Assembly (NCBI GenBank): GCA_965645245.1
Contig: OZ287072.1
Coordinates: 1,550,001-1,614,000, forward strand
Direction: 5' to 3'
From: Massalongia carnosa
Taxonomy: Eukaryota
Length of the DNA stretch: 64,000 bases
Shown here one piece after another: positions 1-11,520 of this stretch. Below the pieces are notes generated by a model. The model was not told the DNA's origin. It did not search any database and was given only the letters and a program-made list of their open reading frames with translations. The translations under genes and the position numbers were made by a program. Position 1 is the stretch's first letter; every line of letters starts with the position of its first letter.

Positions 1-888
1 ATGCATGAATTGTGCATCATCTTCTGGTTGAAACAAATAAGCATTTTGTAGCCATTGCTTTTTTTTACCTTGTTTGTTTAGAACTCAGTCGGTAAAGATG
101 ATGATTATGACGTCGAGGCCTGCTGGGTCAGAAACCTCTACGTGGTGCAGGCTATCAACACCTCCTCGGAGGTGGCCAATATCTGATCATCGCCAACGCG
201 GAAGTCCACCTCGGTGTCCATTTGAACGATCAACGTCTCTACTGATCATTCGTCACCTCGAAGGCACACATACAAAGCCCATTCATTCGGAATGGCCACA
301 CCCCTCAGGCGGAAGCCTTTCACCACATCGAAAAAGCCCATTCATTTAGAATGGCCACACTTACACATCTTCATTTATACGACACCACGATCTGCCCTCG
401 ATCACGGCCAGTCTTTCCTCCATTGAATCAAAAGATTTAAAGAGAGAGAACGTTCGTCGAACGTGTGGAAATACACTGTCTAGTTCATCGAGTCTATAGG
501 ATTCCTAGCGCTTGAAGATCTGGGTGTATGCACCGCGTGGTAGAAGGACGGTCTCGTTGCGTTCAACATGGAACAAGGGAGTGGTTTTACCCTGGGGGCC
601 AGGTTTCCACTTCCTGACTGTTGTTTATGTACATAAATAGCAGTCACAGCGTCATGTCCTTAGGATGCATACGCTTAATGAATTAATAATAATAATTATG
701 ACGTCGGCTGCATTCATGATCTCGGTCAGGACCATGTGTCATGGTGTGTAGGATATCGTCGCTAAGTGGTACATTATTAAAGCGGTTAGACTGAAGTTGT
801 TTGAAATGTAACGCGAGCGGACGGTATAAGTTTAGTCCGGCCCTGTTAGCGGGCTAAAAGGCGTAATCCACAGTTGAAAACAGCCCTA

Positions 889-890
<2 letters not shown>

Positions 891-940
<50 letters not shown>
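891..940. repeat. (CTA/TAC)n microsatellite, about 16 units
   Basis: Perfect ctactactac... run read directly from the sequence. Confidence 0.97.
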
Positions 941-941
<1 letters not shown>

Positions 942-1045
942 ATATCAGAAGGCCTAGGGGACGTTCAGGCTGGCCCTGTGAAAATGAAAATGAAAATGTG
1001 ATAGCGCGGAGAAATTTTGTGAATGCCGGTTTTTCGGGGAGGTCT

Positions 1046-1963
1046 ATGAATTCTCCGAAGCAGAGCAAGAAGTCGAAAACAAGAACCGTTTATCCCGACC
1101 CCCTTGTGATCTCACCTTCCATTGAACACTCTCACACTTTTATCATTCTTCACGGTCGAGGCAGCAATGCCTCGCGCTTTGGATTGAAATTTCTCGAATC
1201 GGCAGTCACATCCGGAAAAAATCTACAGCAGTTGTACCCTGGCATGAAGTTCATTTTCCCTACCGCCAAGAAACGCCGCTCTGCCATCTTCAAGCGAACA
1301 CCTATAAACCAGTGGTTTGACAATTGGTCGCTTGATGACCCTTCTGAGCGTGAGGAGCTGCAGGTCGACGGTGTGCGAGAAACGGGCTTGTTCATTCACG
1401 GGCTGCTTAGGGCCGAGGCGGAGACGGTGCCTTTAAAAAACATCCTGATTGGTGGGTTGAGCCAGGGGTGCGCTATGGCCCTGCATGTGCTTTTGAGCTT
1501 TACGTCTACTTTGGGTGAATTTGAGGCCCTGGGTGGGTTTATAGGAATGAGCGGGTGGTTGCCGCTTCGAAATTCGCTGGAGGAGATTATTCACCCGGAC
1601 GACAATGACGCCGATGACGATCCATTTTCTCATAGGAGTGACGATGGCCAGGATGGGCAAAGCATCGCTGTCCGCGTTATCAACTCCGTAAGAGACAACA
1701 TGAATCTTCCTCCGGTCAGCAATGCTTCGTGTTTACTCACACCCGCCTTCCTCGTCCACGGCTCAGCCGACAAGAAAGTTTCGGTGAAGCTTGGCGAGCA
1801 GGCGGCGGCGACGTTGAGAGACGTGGGTATTGATGTCAGGTGGAAGGCCTACAAGGAATTTAGCCACTGGTACAAGGTTCCGGACGAAATTGAGGACATT
1901 GTCAGGTTTTTAAGTGAAAAGGTTGGGATAAGGGCTGAAGGCGACGAGGGGAAGGGGTCTTGA
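1046..1963 (+). CDS. Phospholipase/carboxylesterase (acyl-protein thioesterase-like alpha/beta hydrolase)
   Basis: Single ORF with LHGRGS oxyanion motif, FIFPTA, GLSQG nucleophile elbow, HGSADKKV (Asp) and FSHWY (His). First ATG is at 1046; the ORF track starts at GTG 998. Confidence 0.88.
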   Translation: MNSPKQSKKSKTRTVYPDPLVISPSIEHSHTFIILHGRGSNASRFGLKFLESAVTSGKNLQQLYPGMKFIFPTAKKRRSAIFKRTPINQWFDNWSLDDPSEREELQVDGVRETGLFIHGLLRAEAETVPLKNILIGGLSQGCAMALHVLLSFTSTLGEFEALGGFIGMSGWLPLRNSLEEIIHPDDNDADDDPFSHRSDDGQDGQSIAVRVINSVRDNMNLPPVSNASCLLTPAFLVHGSADKKVSVKLGEQAAATLRDVGIDVRWKAYKEFSHWYKVPDEIEDIVRFLSEKVGIRAEGDEGKGS

Positions 1964-2277
1964 CTTCTATTGCGTATAGTTATGAATACCGTAGGCAACT
2001 ATTGTTCAATCAGGGTGATAGTTGTTCATTATATCCAAGCTCTCTCGATTGGTTTTTTATTCTTAAATTGAGCTTTAGATCGAGCTCTGTTCTGCTGATG
2101 AGGGGACGCATTAGATGACCATTTATTAAATGCCCTCTTCCTATGACGAGTCGCTGAAGAGGATTTAAGACTGGAGAAAATTACCTCGACGTGCCTCACA
2201 ACTCAGCATTCATCCCCAACGTCACCCTTGCGATAAGCCCCAAGACTACCGAGCTAGTGCGATAAGTGTTTCCCGAG

Positions 2278-2294
2278 ACGCGACGCGACGCGAC
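2278..2294. promoter_or_regulatory. Three tandem ACGCG cores (MCB-like G1/S elements) upstream of SLD2
   Basis: ACGCGACGCGACGCGAC lies about 90-100 bp upstream of the SLD2 ATG; ACGCG is the MBF core. Confidence 0.5.
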
Positions 2295-2379
2295 AGCTAA
2301 TTGAATTCCAGATTGTTCCTAGATCTAAATTCTCCATGTATGGCAGGGACACAGGTACCCAAACAAAGCCTATTGAAAT

Positions 2380-4026
2380 ATGCCTGTTCTCCCACCCCAA
2401 ACCCGAGAAGACTCCATGCAGGAATCCCAGATTCTTCGTCTCGAGCTTAAGGAATGGGAAAGGTCCTTTGCGGCTAGCAATGCTGGGCGTAAGGCCAGTC
2501 GCGAGGATATTAAACAACATCCAGAAATTGGTATACATTCTTCCCTCCCCAATCTCTCCGTTCCCCACCCGTCAACTCCAAACGCTAAAAAAACCGCGAC
2601 ATTCACAGCCGAGAAGTACAAAGTCTACAGCAAACTCCGCGCCGCCTCATCGTCCCAATCTCCAAGCTACTCCATCGCCCCTCCCAAACCCAAACCCAAA
2701 CCCAACAGGCAGTTAACGCACACTCCGCAAAAACTCCCTAAGCAGACCTATTCCCTTCACCCTTCCGCCCTCGACATCTACGATCACCCCCTCTCTGCGC
2801 AAAAAACCCCCACACCCCGTCGCACATTTATAGGCCCCACCCCGCAGAAAGACGGCCGTGTCCTCGGCCTCTTTGATCTGCTTTCCCCTGCCTCGAACCC
2901 CGCTCCCACACCCTCGAAGCAGGCCCGGAACACCCTAAATCTAATCCATTCGAATATCGTGGTCACTCCTTCGAAACGGCTCGCTGATGCTACTGAAGAT
3001 GCACCCTGGGACCATCACAACTATATCCTAAGCGCAAAACGCCTCCAACCAACCTATTCTAGCGCCTTAAATGGCGCTTCCTTTCTCACGCCCTCAAGCC
3101 ACCGTGTAGCCACTGCGGCTCTATCCCAGACCACCCCCAATTCCTCTCGTGGCGGCGTCTCTAAATTAAAATTTGACGACACCCCGGCATTCCTCAGACG
3201 AGACAGCCAGCGCGCACATTCTGGCCAAGAACAAAAAACAAGTCTCGATGGTGAAAATGACGACGCCAATGGCGATTTGCAATGGAGCCCCTTTCCGAAG
3301 GTACGCATGCCTGCTCGACAGCTTGCAGGCAAAGGGCTTAGCGCGCTGGTACGAAACTTGCGTGAGATGGAAGATGAGCGACTAGACGAGGAGTTGGATC
3401 TTCTACACGAACTAGATGGCCCATGCGGTGCCACGGTCCCCAATCCGACAGCGCTATGCCCAAAGTCGAAAAATTTAAACCCCACCCTACGCCCCAGCAC
3501 CGTCTGCGTGGTAGATAGACAAGGCGCCGAAATGCCCCTGGGTCCAGACGGGACCCTTGCTAGCGAAAGCGAAGAGGAAGCTGAGAAAGGACATATGGGG
3601 GGAACGAGGAGGTGGAAGAAGCGCGGGCAGAAGAGGAGCACGAGGATGGTAGTTATGAAGCCTTCGAGGGGGAAGTGGAAGCCGGAGCCGCTATGGGGGG
3701 GCGAGGAACCCGGTGAGGGCGATGGAGACGAGGATGAAGCAGTGCTGGAAACTCAGCCTACGCATGTAGGGGTTGAAGGTGAGGATTTGCTTCTTTATGA
3801 TGACGAAGGGGGAGAGAAAGGTGATGAGAATGTAAAAGGGGAGGAGAAGGAGAAAAAGAAGACAGTTTACACGCTAGAGCAGAAAGCGCCTGCAGAAGGC
3901 GAGCCGCCAGCAAAGCTGAGGAAGAAAAAGAAACTCGCGGCAACGGCCAATGCCAACTTTCGGGCGCTGAAAATCCGGAGTCGGGGCAGTGGAGGAGGGA
4001 AAGGGAGGTTTGGCAGGAGGCGATAA
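2380..4026 (+). CDS. SLD2: DNA replication regulator Sld2/Drc1
   Basis: N-terminal LRLELKEWERSF..GRKASREDIKQHPEI-AEKYKVYSKLR after removing intron 2531..2608. Also IGPTPQKDGRVLGLFDLL, many S/T-P CDK sites, and a C-terminal ANFRALKIR..GRFGRRR. Confidence 0.88.
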   Translation: MPVLPPQTREDSMQESQILRLELKEWERSFAASNAGRKASREDIKQHPEIGIHSSLPNLSVPHPSTPNAKKTATFTAEKYKVYSKLRAASSSQSPSYSIAPPKPKPKPNRQLTHTPQKLPKQTYSLHPSALDIYDHPLSAQKTPTPRRTFIGPTPQKDGRVLGLFDLLSPASNPAPTPSKQARNTLNLIHSNIVVTPSKRLADATEDAPWDHHNYILSAKRLQPTYSSALNGASFLTPSSHRVATAALSQTTPNSSRGGVSKLKFDDTPAFLRRDSQRAHSGQEQKTSLDGENDDANGDLQWSPFPKVRMPARQLAGKGLSALVRNLREMEDERLDEELDLLHELDGPCGATVPNPTALCPKSKNLNPTLRPSTVCVVDRQGAEMPLGPDGTLASESEEEAEKGHMGGTRRWKKRGQKRSTRMVVMKPSRGKWKPEPLWGGEEPGEGDGDEDEAVLETQPTHVGVEGEDLLLYDDEGGEKGDENVKGEEKEKKKTVYTLEQKAPAEGEPPAKLRKKKKLAATANANFRALKIRSRGSGGGKGRFGRRR

Positions 4027-4805
4027 GGATCGCTCCCGGGGAAGTCTCAACGTACGGCGTTACGGAACAGGGGGTGAAGCTACCTACCTACTTTGAGCTG
4101 GCGTGTGCGCTTAGGATTCTGGAACATGAGTATCAAGAGAAAAGTGAAGCTAAATGTTGGATTGACTTGATTTTTGGCTGCCCCTTTTCGAAAGTTGTTT
4201 GCTATACCTAGTCTTTCCCCTTGTGGCTGAAGCTTGGCGTCTGTGACGCTAATATGCATAACTCAGGGAAGCTCCCATGAGCGAAGATCCTCAGGATGGT
4301 GAGAGGAGTTCTGGGTGTTTCTTGTGGGACAGTGTACGAGATGTATGTATATATGAATAATAAATGAAGCATATCGTGAGCTAGAAAGAAAGGTTTTGAT
4401 AGGGAAGTTTTCGGATATATGTAAGGCCGCTTCGTTGAGCCCCTTCTCCCCTAAACTAAGGGTTGGGTGTTGCTAACAAATACTTAGGTAAAGCACAAGC
4501 TTAGAGGTAAAGAGGTATGGTGTAATGCGGAGTTGGCGGTTGGGGAAATTTTTGCTTTATTGAAAGAACGTTTTACGAACCGGAGGAGTGTTTACCGGTT
4601 GTTGTTTTGTTTGTGGATATTGGAAAAGGGGGGTGGGGGTCAAGCTTACGTTTGCTGTTCCGTTCGCCTTGAATTTTTGTTACTGTTTACCCAACGTTGA
4701 ATTTCACCCAGGGTGGTTCTGTGGCGGGGGAGATGCTATGTGTGTTCGATTGAGTGTATGTAACTAAAATCGAAGTCAATAACCCTTGTTTTTCGTCGCT
4801 GCATC

Positions 4806-5846
4806 CTATCCCGGAAAGTACGGGTGTGCGCTTTCGACACGGCGCCGTTTGGGAGATGAATATTGTTTAGGTCGTTGAGAGCTTCTCTTACTGCCAGTCC
4901 GCTTCAGGGACGGTAATCTATCCTGGGAGTCTCGTGCTCGGCTAGCAGGTGTAGAGCTATTGCATTTTTCCTCCTCCGATATCTTGACCTGAGCTTGACC
5001 ATACTGCACATGGCGATCCCAATCCTCTAATAAAACATACGGGCTCCGCAGCCAGGCCCCAAGCTCGTGCAAGAAAAGCCGCGCGTTATCTCGGCCTAGA
5101 AACTCTTGCAGCATCTCCTCAGCCTGCCCGCCAGACCCCTTGAGCTCTACTGACTTCAAGATCGCAACGATATACTCGAGCAGGAACTCAGCGTTGTTGG
5201 CTTTCCGGCGCCGCGTGCCAATAACCTCTTCCTGCTCCTGCTCCTGCTCCTGTTCTTTCTTACTCGTGTAGTAGTCCGGGTTCAAGAACTCGAAGACTTG
5301 CAGCTCGCGCCGTATCCATTTGCGTGCGCGAGAGATGAGCTCTTCGTCTTGCTGCAAGGATTGCAGCGCTAGGTCGCTGAAGCGGGAGAGGCGATTTGTG
5401 CCTACGTGGGAGGAGTACAGCTTGTGACGGTAGATGTGTCGGCGGCGGAGGAGTGCAGCGTCGGAGCTGAGAGATGGGCATGGCCGCGATCGTCGTGGTC
5501 GCCAGTTCGTATGCGTTCGGAGTCCATGGGAGGACGGGACGACTGCTGGCGTGAAAGCTTGTTTCGACGGGTTCAGGGGGACTTTGTATACTGTGAAGTC
5601 TTTACGACTCCGCCAGCCATACTCGACAGCCTCTACCTCAGCCTTACAAAGTGGGCAAGTTGGACTTTCTTGCAGCCAACTAACGAGACAGAGGAAGTCA
5701 AAGCTGGAATGGCGGCATGGAGAGGCGACTGCACGCTCGGAGACGATATCGAGGCAGATAACACATCTGTTCGCTTGCCCAGTTGCCTGATCTTCTTCCG
5801 GTATGTTATGAACTGCTTTTGGTCTAGTTTCTGTCTTTTCTTCCAT
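4806..5846 (-). CDS. C3HC4 RING-finger protein (Topors-like putative E3 ubiquitin ligase)
   Basis: RING motif CVICL..PCRHSSFDFLCLVSWL..CPLCK; conserved fungal C-terminal block (WIRRELQVF, FLHELGAWLRSPY). Confidence 0.85.
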   Translation of the reverse strand: MEEKTETRPKAVHNIPEEDQATGQANRCVICLDIVSERAVASPCRHSSFDFLCLVSWLQESPTCPLCKAEVEAVEYGWRSRKDFTVYKVPLNPSKQAFTPAVVPSSHGLRTHTNWRPRRSRPCPSLSSDAALLRRRHIYRHKLYSSHVGTNRLSRFSDLALQSLQQDEELISRARKWIRRELQVFEFLNPDYYTSKKEQEQEQEQEEVIGTRRRKANNAEFLLEYIVAILKSVELKGSGGQAEEMLQEFLGRDNARLFLHELGAWLRSPYVLLEDWDRHVQYGQAQVKISEEEKCNSSTPASRARDSQDRLPSLKRTGSKRSSQRPKQYSSPKRRRVESAHPYFPG

Positions 5847-6104
5847 CCGTAAACTAATAAATACGAATGGTTTATGAAATGGACGTCAGGTATGAAGGGA
5901 TTGACGGGATGATGCTAGATTCGTGCCTTTCGTCTTCGGTCCCGCACGGCGGCGCGACGGCCCGAAATACCCGAAATATCTACTATTTCCCTTAGAATTG
6001 TTCACTACATTTGGCAATTCACCTATCCATTGTCAATGCTGCCCAGCAAATGAACCATTTTCCAAGCTTAAGCCAAAAGTTTTAGATCTGCGAAACTACC
6101 TAGC

Positions 6105-8171
6105 ATGGCCACTCCTCTGACGAACGGGTCAATAAATGTGGCCGCGAAGAAGGTGGTATCTCACACAATCACAGGCCTGAAGAGATGGTCTTGCGGAGTT
6201 CGAGAGCTACCAGGTGAGATCATATATATAAATCTTCAAGCCGACAGCTGATAAAGTCTAGCCATCTCTCAGATCAAGGCGGTCCACGTCTACGACTTTG
6301 ATAATACGTGTGAATGCTATCGATTTCGGGACTATGCGGGCATTGAGGCTAATGGTTTTAGTGTTCATGAGCCCATTGCCCAACCCAAGACTATGGACAC
6401 CGCAATCAGTGGGATTTTTACAGGCGCAAGACTCATTCGCGAACGGAGGATGGTGGCACGATCAGCATATTCTGGAAGCAACAGGAGGGGGTGTTGAAAG
6501 AGAAGAACCTCTGGCATGGCAAGGCTGGTGGAATGAGCATATTGTTAGTCTGGTCAGTTTGCATGCAGATGTCATTAACTGAATCGAAGTAGGTCAGCCT
6601 GGTGACTCTAAGTATGGCCCAAAACGACGCTCTCACAGTCCTCTTAACAGGCAGGGGGGAGAAAAACTTTGCAGATCTCATCAGCCGGATGGTGGCAAGT
6701 AAGAAGCTCGATTTTGACTTGATATGCTTGAAACCTCGGGCTGGACCCACCAATCAGCAGTTCCGCTCCACAATGATCTTTAAGCAGACCCTGCTTAAAG
6801 ATCTTATCCACACATATAAGGATGCCGATGAGATAAGAGTCTATGAGGATCGACAACAGCAGTATGTAGCTGTTTGAAGCTCAACTTAAGGCTCCTTAGC
6901 TCACCTAGTATAGCACCAAGGCGTTTCGACAGTTCTTCGAAAGCTTCAACAAAATGGTCTTATCCCCATCCGAACCTACCCCCCGCAAGCCAATCGCTGC
7001 AGAGGTTATTCAAGTAGCAGAGCTTATGACAAACCTCGGCCCTGTGGTTGAAACCGCCGAGGTGCAACGAATGATCAACGCCCACAACCTAGCCATCCGT
7101 GCAGGAACCACGAACCACAACCGTGGACTCGAAATAAGGAAACAAATACACTACACTGGCTATCTCATCTCTCCTGCTGACACTGCCAAACTACTCACTC
7201 TCATTAATCTTCCATCGGGCGTATTAGAAAGCGGGATTAATTTTCTTGCCAACAATATTCTCATCACGCAACGTCAAAGCAATGCTTCTGACCTCGAAAA
7301 AGTCGGCGGTATGGGTCATAAGCAGACCTGGCAAGTTACCGGCACAGCTGTTTACGAGTCAAAGATTTGGGCCGCACGTGTGGCACCAGTACCTCCAAGC
7401 TCTAACTACTATACCGATAGACCTTCTCCGATCGTTATCCTCGCACACGTCAAAACCGCCAGACTGACCGATGCCAACAATATTCAGCAATGGGAGTCTG
7501 TAGCCTCGGAGAAGCAGTATGTATTCCAAACCGAGGTAGGCGAGAAAGTGCAGTTACACATCGAGCGGGAAGGCGCCCCGGGCAACCAACACAAGAATCC
7601 GTACGCCAACCAAGAGCGTAAAAGAAAGCACACCGGTCCAGAAGATACTCAGCAGGATCGAGATGTCTCCTCCCGCCTCAATCAAGGGCCATCGCAACAC
7701 CAACGTTTCAGCTACGGTAATGACGAGAACCGGAGACCTGGCGCCGGAGGAAACCATGGTGCTAGCTACCGAATAGCCCCTCAGAACCGAGGCCGTGGTG
7801 GCTCCTCCGGAAACAGCGGCGAACGGCATGGCTACCCCCCACATAACGGTGGACGAGGCGGTAGAAGTGGGAATGGCGGCGGTGGCCGTGGTGGCAACCG
7901 TGGTGGGGGAGGCGGCAATAGAGGACGAGGCCGCGGAGGTTATAAATCGCTCGATGACGTGGGCGGGTCTGCCACTGGCCGCTACGGCGGGAACCAAGGG
8001 AGCGGGTACCAGCATTCACAGCAGCAGCCGAATTACGACGACGCTCCTGCTCATGGTGCCGGAGACACGTATAATGCTACGTTTCCACCATTAGGTAACG
8101 CTAGCGGAGGCGGAGGCAGAGAATATCACAGCGGGATGAATGGAGGCGGGGGTTTACCTTATGGGCAGTAA
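6105..8171 (+). CDS. HAD-superfamily 'Swiss Army Knife RNA repair-like' domain protein with RGG-rich C-terminus (5 exons)
   Basis: Spliced model MATPL..HTITGLKRWS / VHVYDFDNT-LFMSPLPNP / VLLTGR / CLKP / IRVYEDR gives HAD motifs I-IV. GT-AG introns near 6214-6261, 6310-6361, 6544-6592 and 6862-6913; Gly/Arg-rich tail. Confidence 0.8.
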
Positions 8172-9852
8172 AAAGTTCTCTTTGATTCGTCTCTTCGTGA
8201 CGGTCGCGTAGGTGGTTCGATGTTATGCATTACTTGATTGGACTGGGGAGCATATTGGAAGTTTTTAAACGTCGTTACACGCAAGAGAGGAGATAGTCTA
8301 TGGGTTATTCGATCGACATTTCTTTCCTCTTGCTCCTAGCAATTCAGTCAGTCTTATGTTTCTTTAATTTTCAGTTTCATGTGATGGCTTCCCGTTAGTT
8401 CTTTTATTTCAACGAAGGGGGACGCTAGGGATTTAAGCTCGAAGAGGCTCCTGGGTAAACATGAATGGCGTTAGGCGTGGCGCCGAGTTTAGGCATGAAG
8501 GAACAATGCGAAGTTTTGCGCAAGGGGGGGGGGTCTAGGGGTTGAAAGAATTACTCTTGTATTGGGCGAGGCATATATATGCGTGCGGTATGGTGTAGGA
8601 TGGGATAGGGTGGGGAAGCACCATATCGATATTCTGAGATACCTACTCGCTTGTATTCGTCCATACGAAGCGTTATGAGCTCTTTAAATGAGGAAGGGGG
8701 TATGAACGGGATGATTTATACGGACCATAACCATACAGGGTGCCTATATTTTTATATGCACTAGGCATACCTACCTCTCCTCTCCCCCCCCCTTTACTTT
8801 CTCTCTACAAACTTGGTTTCAGGTTCAGATTCAGGCTTCAAAAATTATAGAAAGATAAAAACTAGTTCATCCATTGACCCAACCAACTCTAATACAATCA
8901 TTCTAACCCCTTCATACTTTTTCTCTATCTCTATCTCTTTCTCTTTCTCTTTCACCTAGAACGCACCTATCCGCCCACAACAATACTTTATTCCCCGAAC
9001 AAACTCAACTGACCGACCAAGAACAAACGGAACCAACTCTCCACGCTAACCCTACATCCGCCCTCCCTCCCTTCCTCCCTCCTTCGCCGGATACATTGAT
9101 AGCTCGATCAATAGAAAGAGCCAGCCCAACCGACCCGCGAACTCGATTTCGCAGCTCAGATAAATTCGAAGGATGGTATCCTATCCCGTATATTGGGATT
9201 TGAGGGAGGGTTCGCCGACCTCACCTGCTAGCTGGCTGATTGATTGGTTGGTTGCGATGTATGTACGTTATACACGCACATACATATATATAGGAAACGA
9301 TAGATAGCATACATACATACATACCGTCGAAAAATCAAGCGGAAGGAGGGGGGGCGGGGAATGAGGAGTGAGGAGACAGAGGGTGGGGTAACTTGTTATA
9401 ATATCAAGTGCTTATAAACGGGCTATCATTAGATGTTGATTAAGAGAAAACTGCGGCGAAGCGGCGAGAGAGAGGGAGGAAAGAACGCAGGGAAGCAAGC
9501 GAGAGAGAGAGAAAGGGAAATAGGTGAGGGGGTACACATGAGTGGATGGATTTTGAGGAAAAAATGATTAATAGTTGGCAGGCAGTAGGTACTTAAGTTA
9601 GTATCGAACCGTGAAAGGGGAATATGAGTAAACAAAAAGTACAAGCAACAAGAAACACCAGGGATCAAATGCTCACGGAGAAAATGCCGTCTCCATCAGC
9701 CGGAGAGGAATAAGAAATCCCCCCACAACTCATATTTACGTCCAATGCTGCAATGCTCCTCTCTCCTTCTATTTTATCATCTCGTTTCATCCATCCATCA
9801 AACTCCACTCGGCCCACCCCAATGATCCAAAGCCACCCAACCAACCAACCAA

Positions 9853-10841
9853 TTACTCATCCGTCAACCGATTCAACAGACTAATACTTAAAATCATGAC
9901 CAACAGCCCAATCGTCACGATGATCAATAGCGCGAAGCCGAACCAGCCCAGAATCATCGCCGTGGCACCGACCCCGCTCCGCACGCTGCCGTTGCCAAGG
10001 TCCTGCGCAATGGTGCTGGCGGCCACCGAAGCCGTATGCTGCCACAGCACTGACACGAGTACGAACACTGACGCGACAAAGATGAGGGCAAGGGCGATCT
10101 GGGAAACGGGCCGCGAAGGGAAGGGCTTGACGTCGCGCTCCGATCCGCGCTCGTCGATCTCTTCGTGCCAGCCGGGGAAGGTGGCCAGAAGGACGAAGCA
10201 GATAAAGGCAAGGATTATGGCGACGATTCTGAGGGAAACGTGTTAGTTCCAGGGTTTAACCAGGGGGAAGGGGGGAGGGAAAGCTTACATTAAGTATGGA
10301 AATACAATGCTATCTTTAAACGTACTTGCTATCCATATCAGGTTTAGTGGATCCTGGTCAACGCTGACCTCGCTTGCCAGGCTGCTGGCATTATTGCTGC
10401 ACAGAAATGCACCGCCATCTCGATTGATACAGATGCCAAAGTAACCGACACGAACTTCCAGCTGGGCTTGGCCGACTATGTTCGCAATGGCGGTGGTCAC
10501 GCCTGGATCGACCTGTGCCGGATCGAAGGTGGGCCGGAAGGGGTGGTAGTAGAGGGATATGAGGAAAATATCTGGGATCCCCCGTGACGAGGAGGAGCAA
10601 CCTGCTAGGAGGAGAGCTGTTTGAAAGGGGTTGAGGTCAGTTCGGGAGGATTTATGCAGGAAGGAATGTTGAGGGGTACGGACAGAGAAGTATTATGGCT
10701 ATTGCGATCAGGATCATGAGAACATGGTGGTAGCCGAGGAATGGTATTAACCCTACAGGTTTGGTGCATCAGTCAATTGCTCTCTCAGTAGATGGATGTT
10801 GACATACGCCCTAACCCGGTTGCGAATCGCATACTCGCCAT
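9853..10841 (-). CDS. Fig1-family (claudin-like Ca2+ regulator/membrane fusion) membrane protein, 4 exons
   Basis: Spliced: MASMRFATGLG-RLIPFLGYHHVLMILI..LLLAGCSSSS..VRVGYFGICI..LCSNNA..DPLNLI..VLWQHTASVAA; several hydrophobic helices. Confidence 0.78.
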
Positions 10842-11520
10842 TTTGGCTACGCCTTCTTTCCACCGCCAGCTCTAGTCGAGATCCCTCCACGTCCCAGTCC
10901 TCCGAAAAGGACCTTGACCTAGAGTACCGCTCCGTCCTCGTGGTTTGTCTTGATCTATGGAATGCGGTGTTGTGGAATGTAGGGTTCGCTCACGAGGAAT
11001 GTGGCAGAAAATGAAGGGCTTGAATCCTCTATAATCGTCAGATGTATATCCTTAGGACCAGCAGCGTGATGAGTGAGATAGTGTTGGGTAGTAAAGAGCT
11101 CCCCTGATGGTGTATATGTGTATGAGACTCTATTGCCTTAAAATTTCAGCATAACCAAATACTGATTATCAATCAGATCTTGAAAAATAATACAAAGTAG
11201 CTTGCAGAAACAAGTGGATGGCTGGTTTGGGGAGGGAGGTTGGCGGGATCTCGGGCAGATGTAAAGTAAACACAGGGGCTCTTGCCCATAGCAACCGGGA
11301 GAGCGGCTCGTGATTGGTTCTCAACTTTAAGCATTTTCCAGAACGTGGAAATCCTGCCGGAAATTTCGAGTTCCGCTATGCCCAGTGCCGCTTGACGTCA
11401 GCCACCAATTGGAGCATCATCCCCCCACTCACCCCATCATCTTCCTTAACTTTTACCACCGTATTTACTCTGTAGCCTAGTTATCATCGAAAGACATTCC
11501 CATACCTAGTTATCATCACA

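Noticed and set aside
3054..3641. Long antisense or alternative-frame ORFs over SLD2 (likewise over the HAD gene, UTP6, FCP1 and others)
   Set aside because: They are shadows of GC-rich coding sequence and contain no recognisable domains.
8200..9850. 1.6-kb gap between the HAD gene and the Fig1-like gene as a hidden gene or element
   Set aside because: Low-complexity purine/pyrimidine tracts and short microsatellites typical of convergent 3' UTRs; no credible ORF, TIR or LTR.
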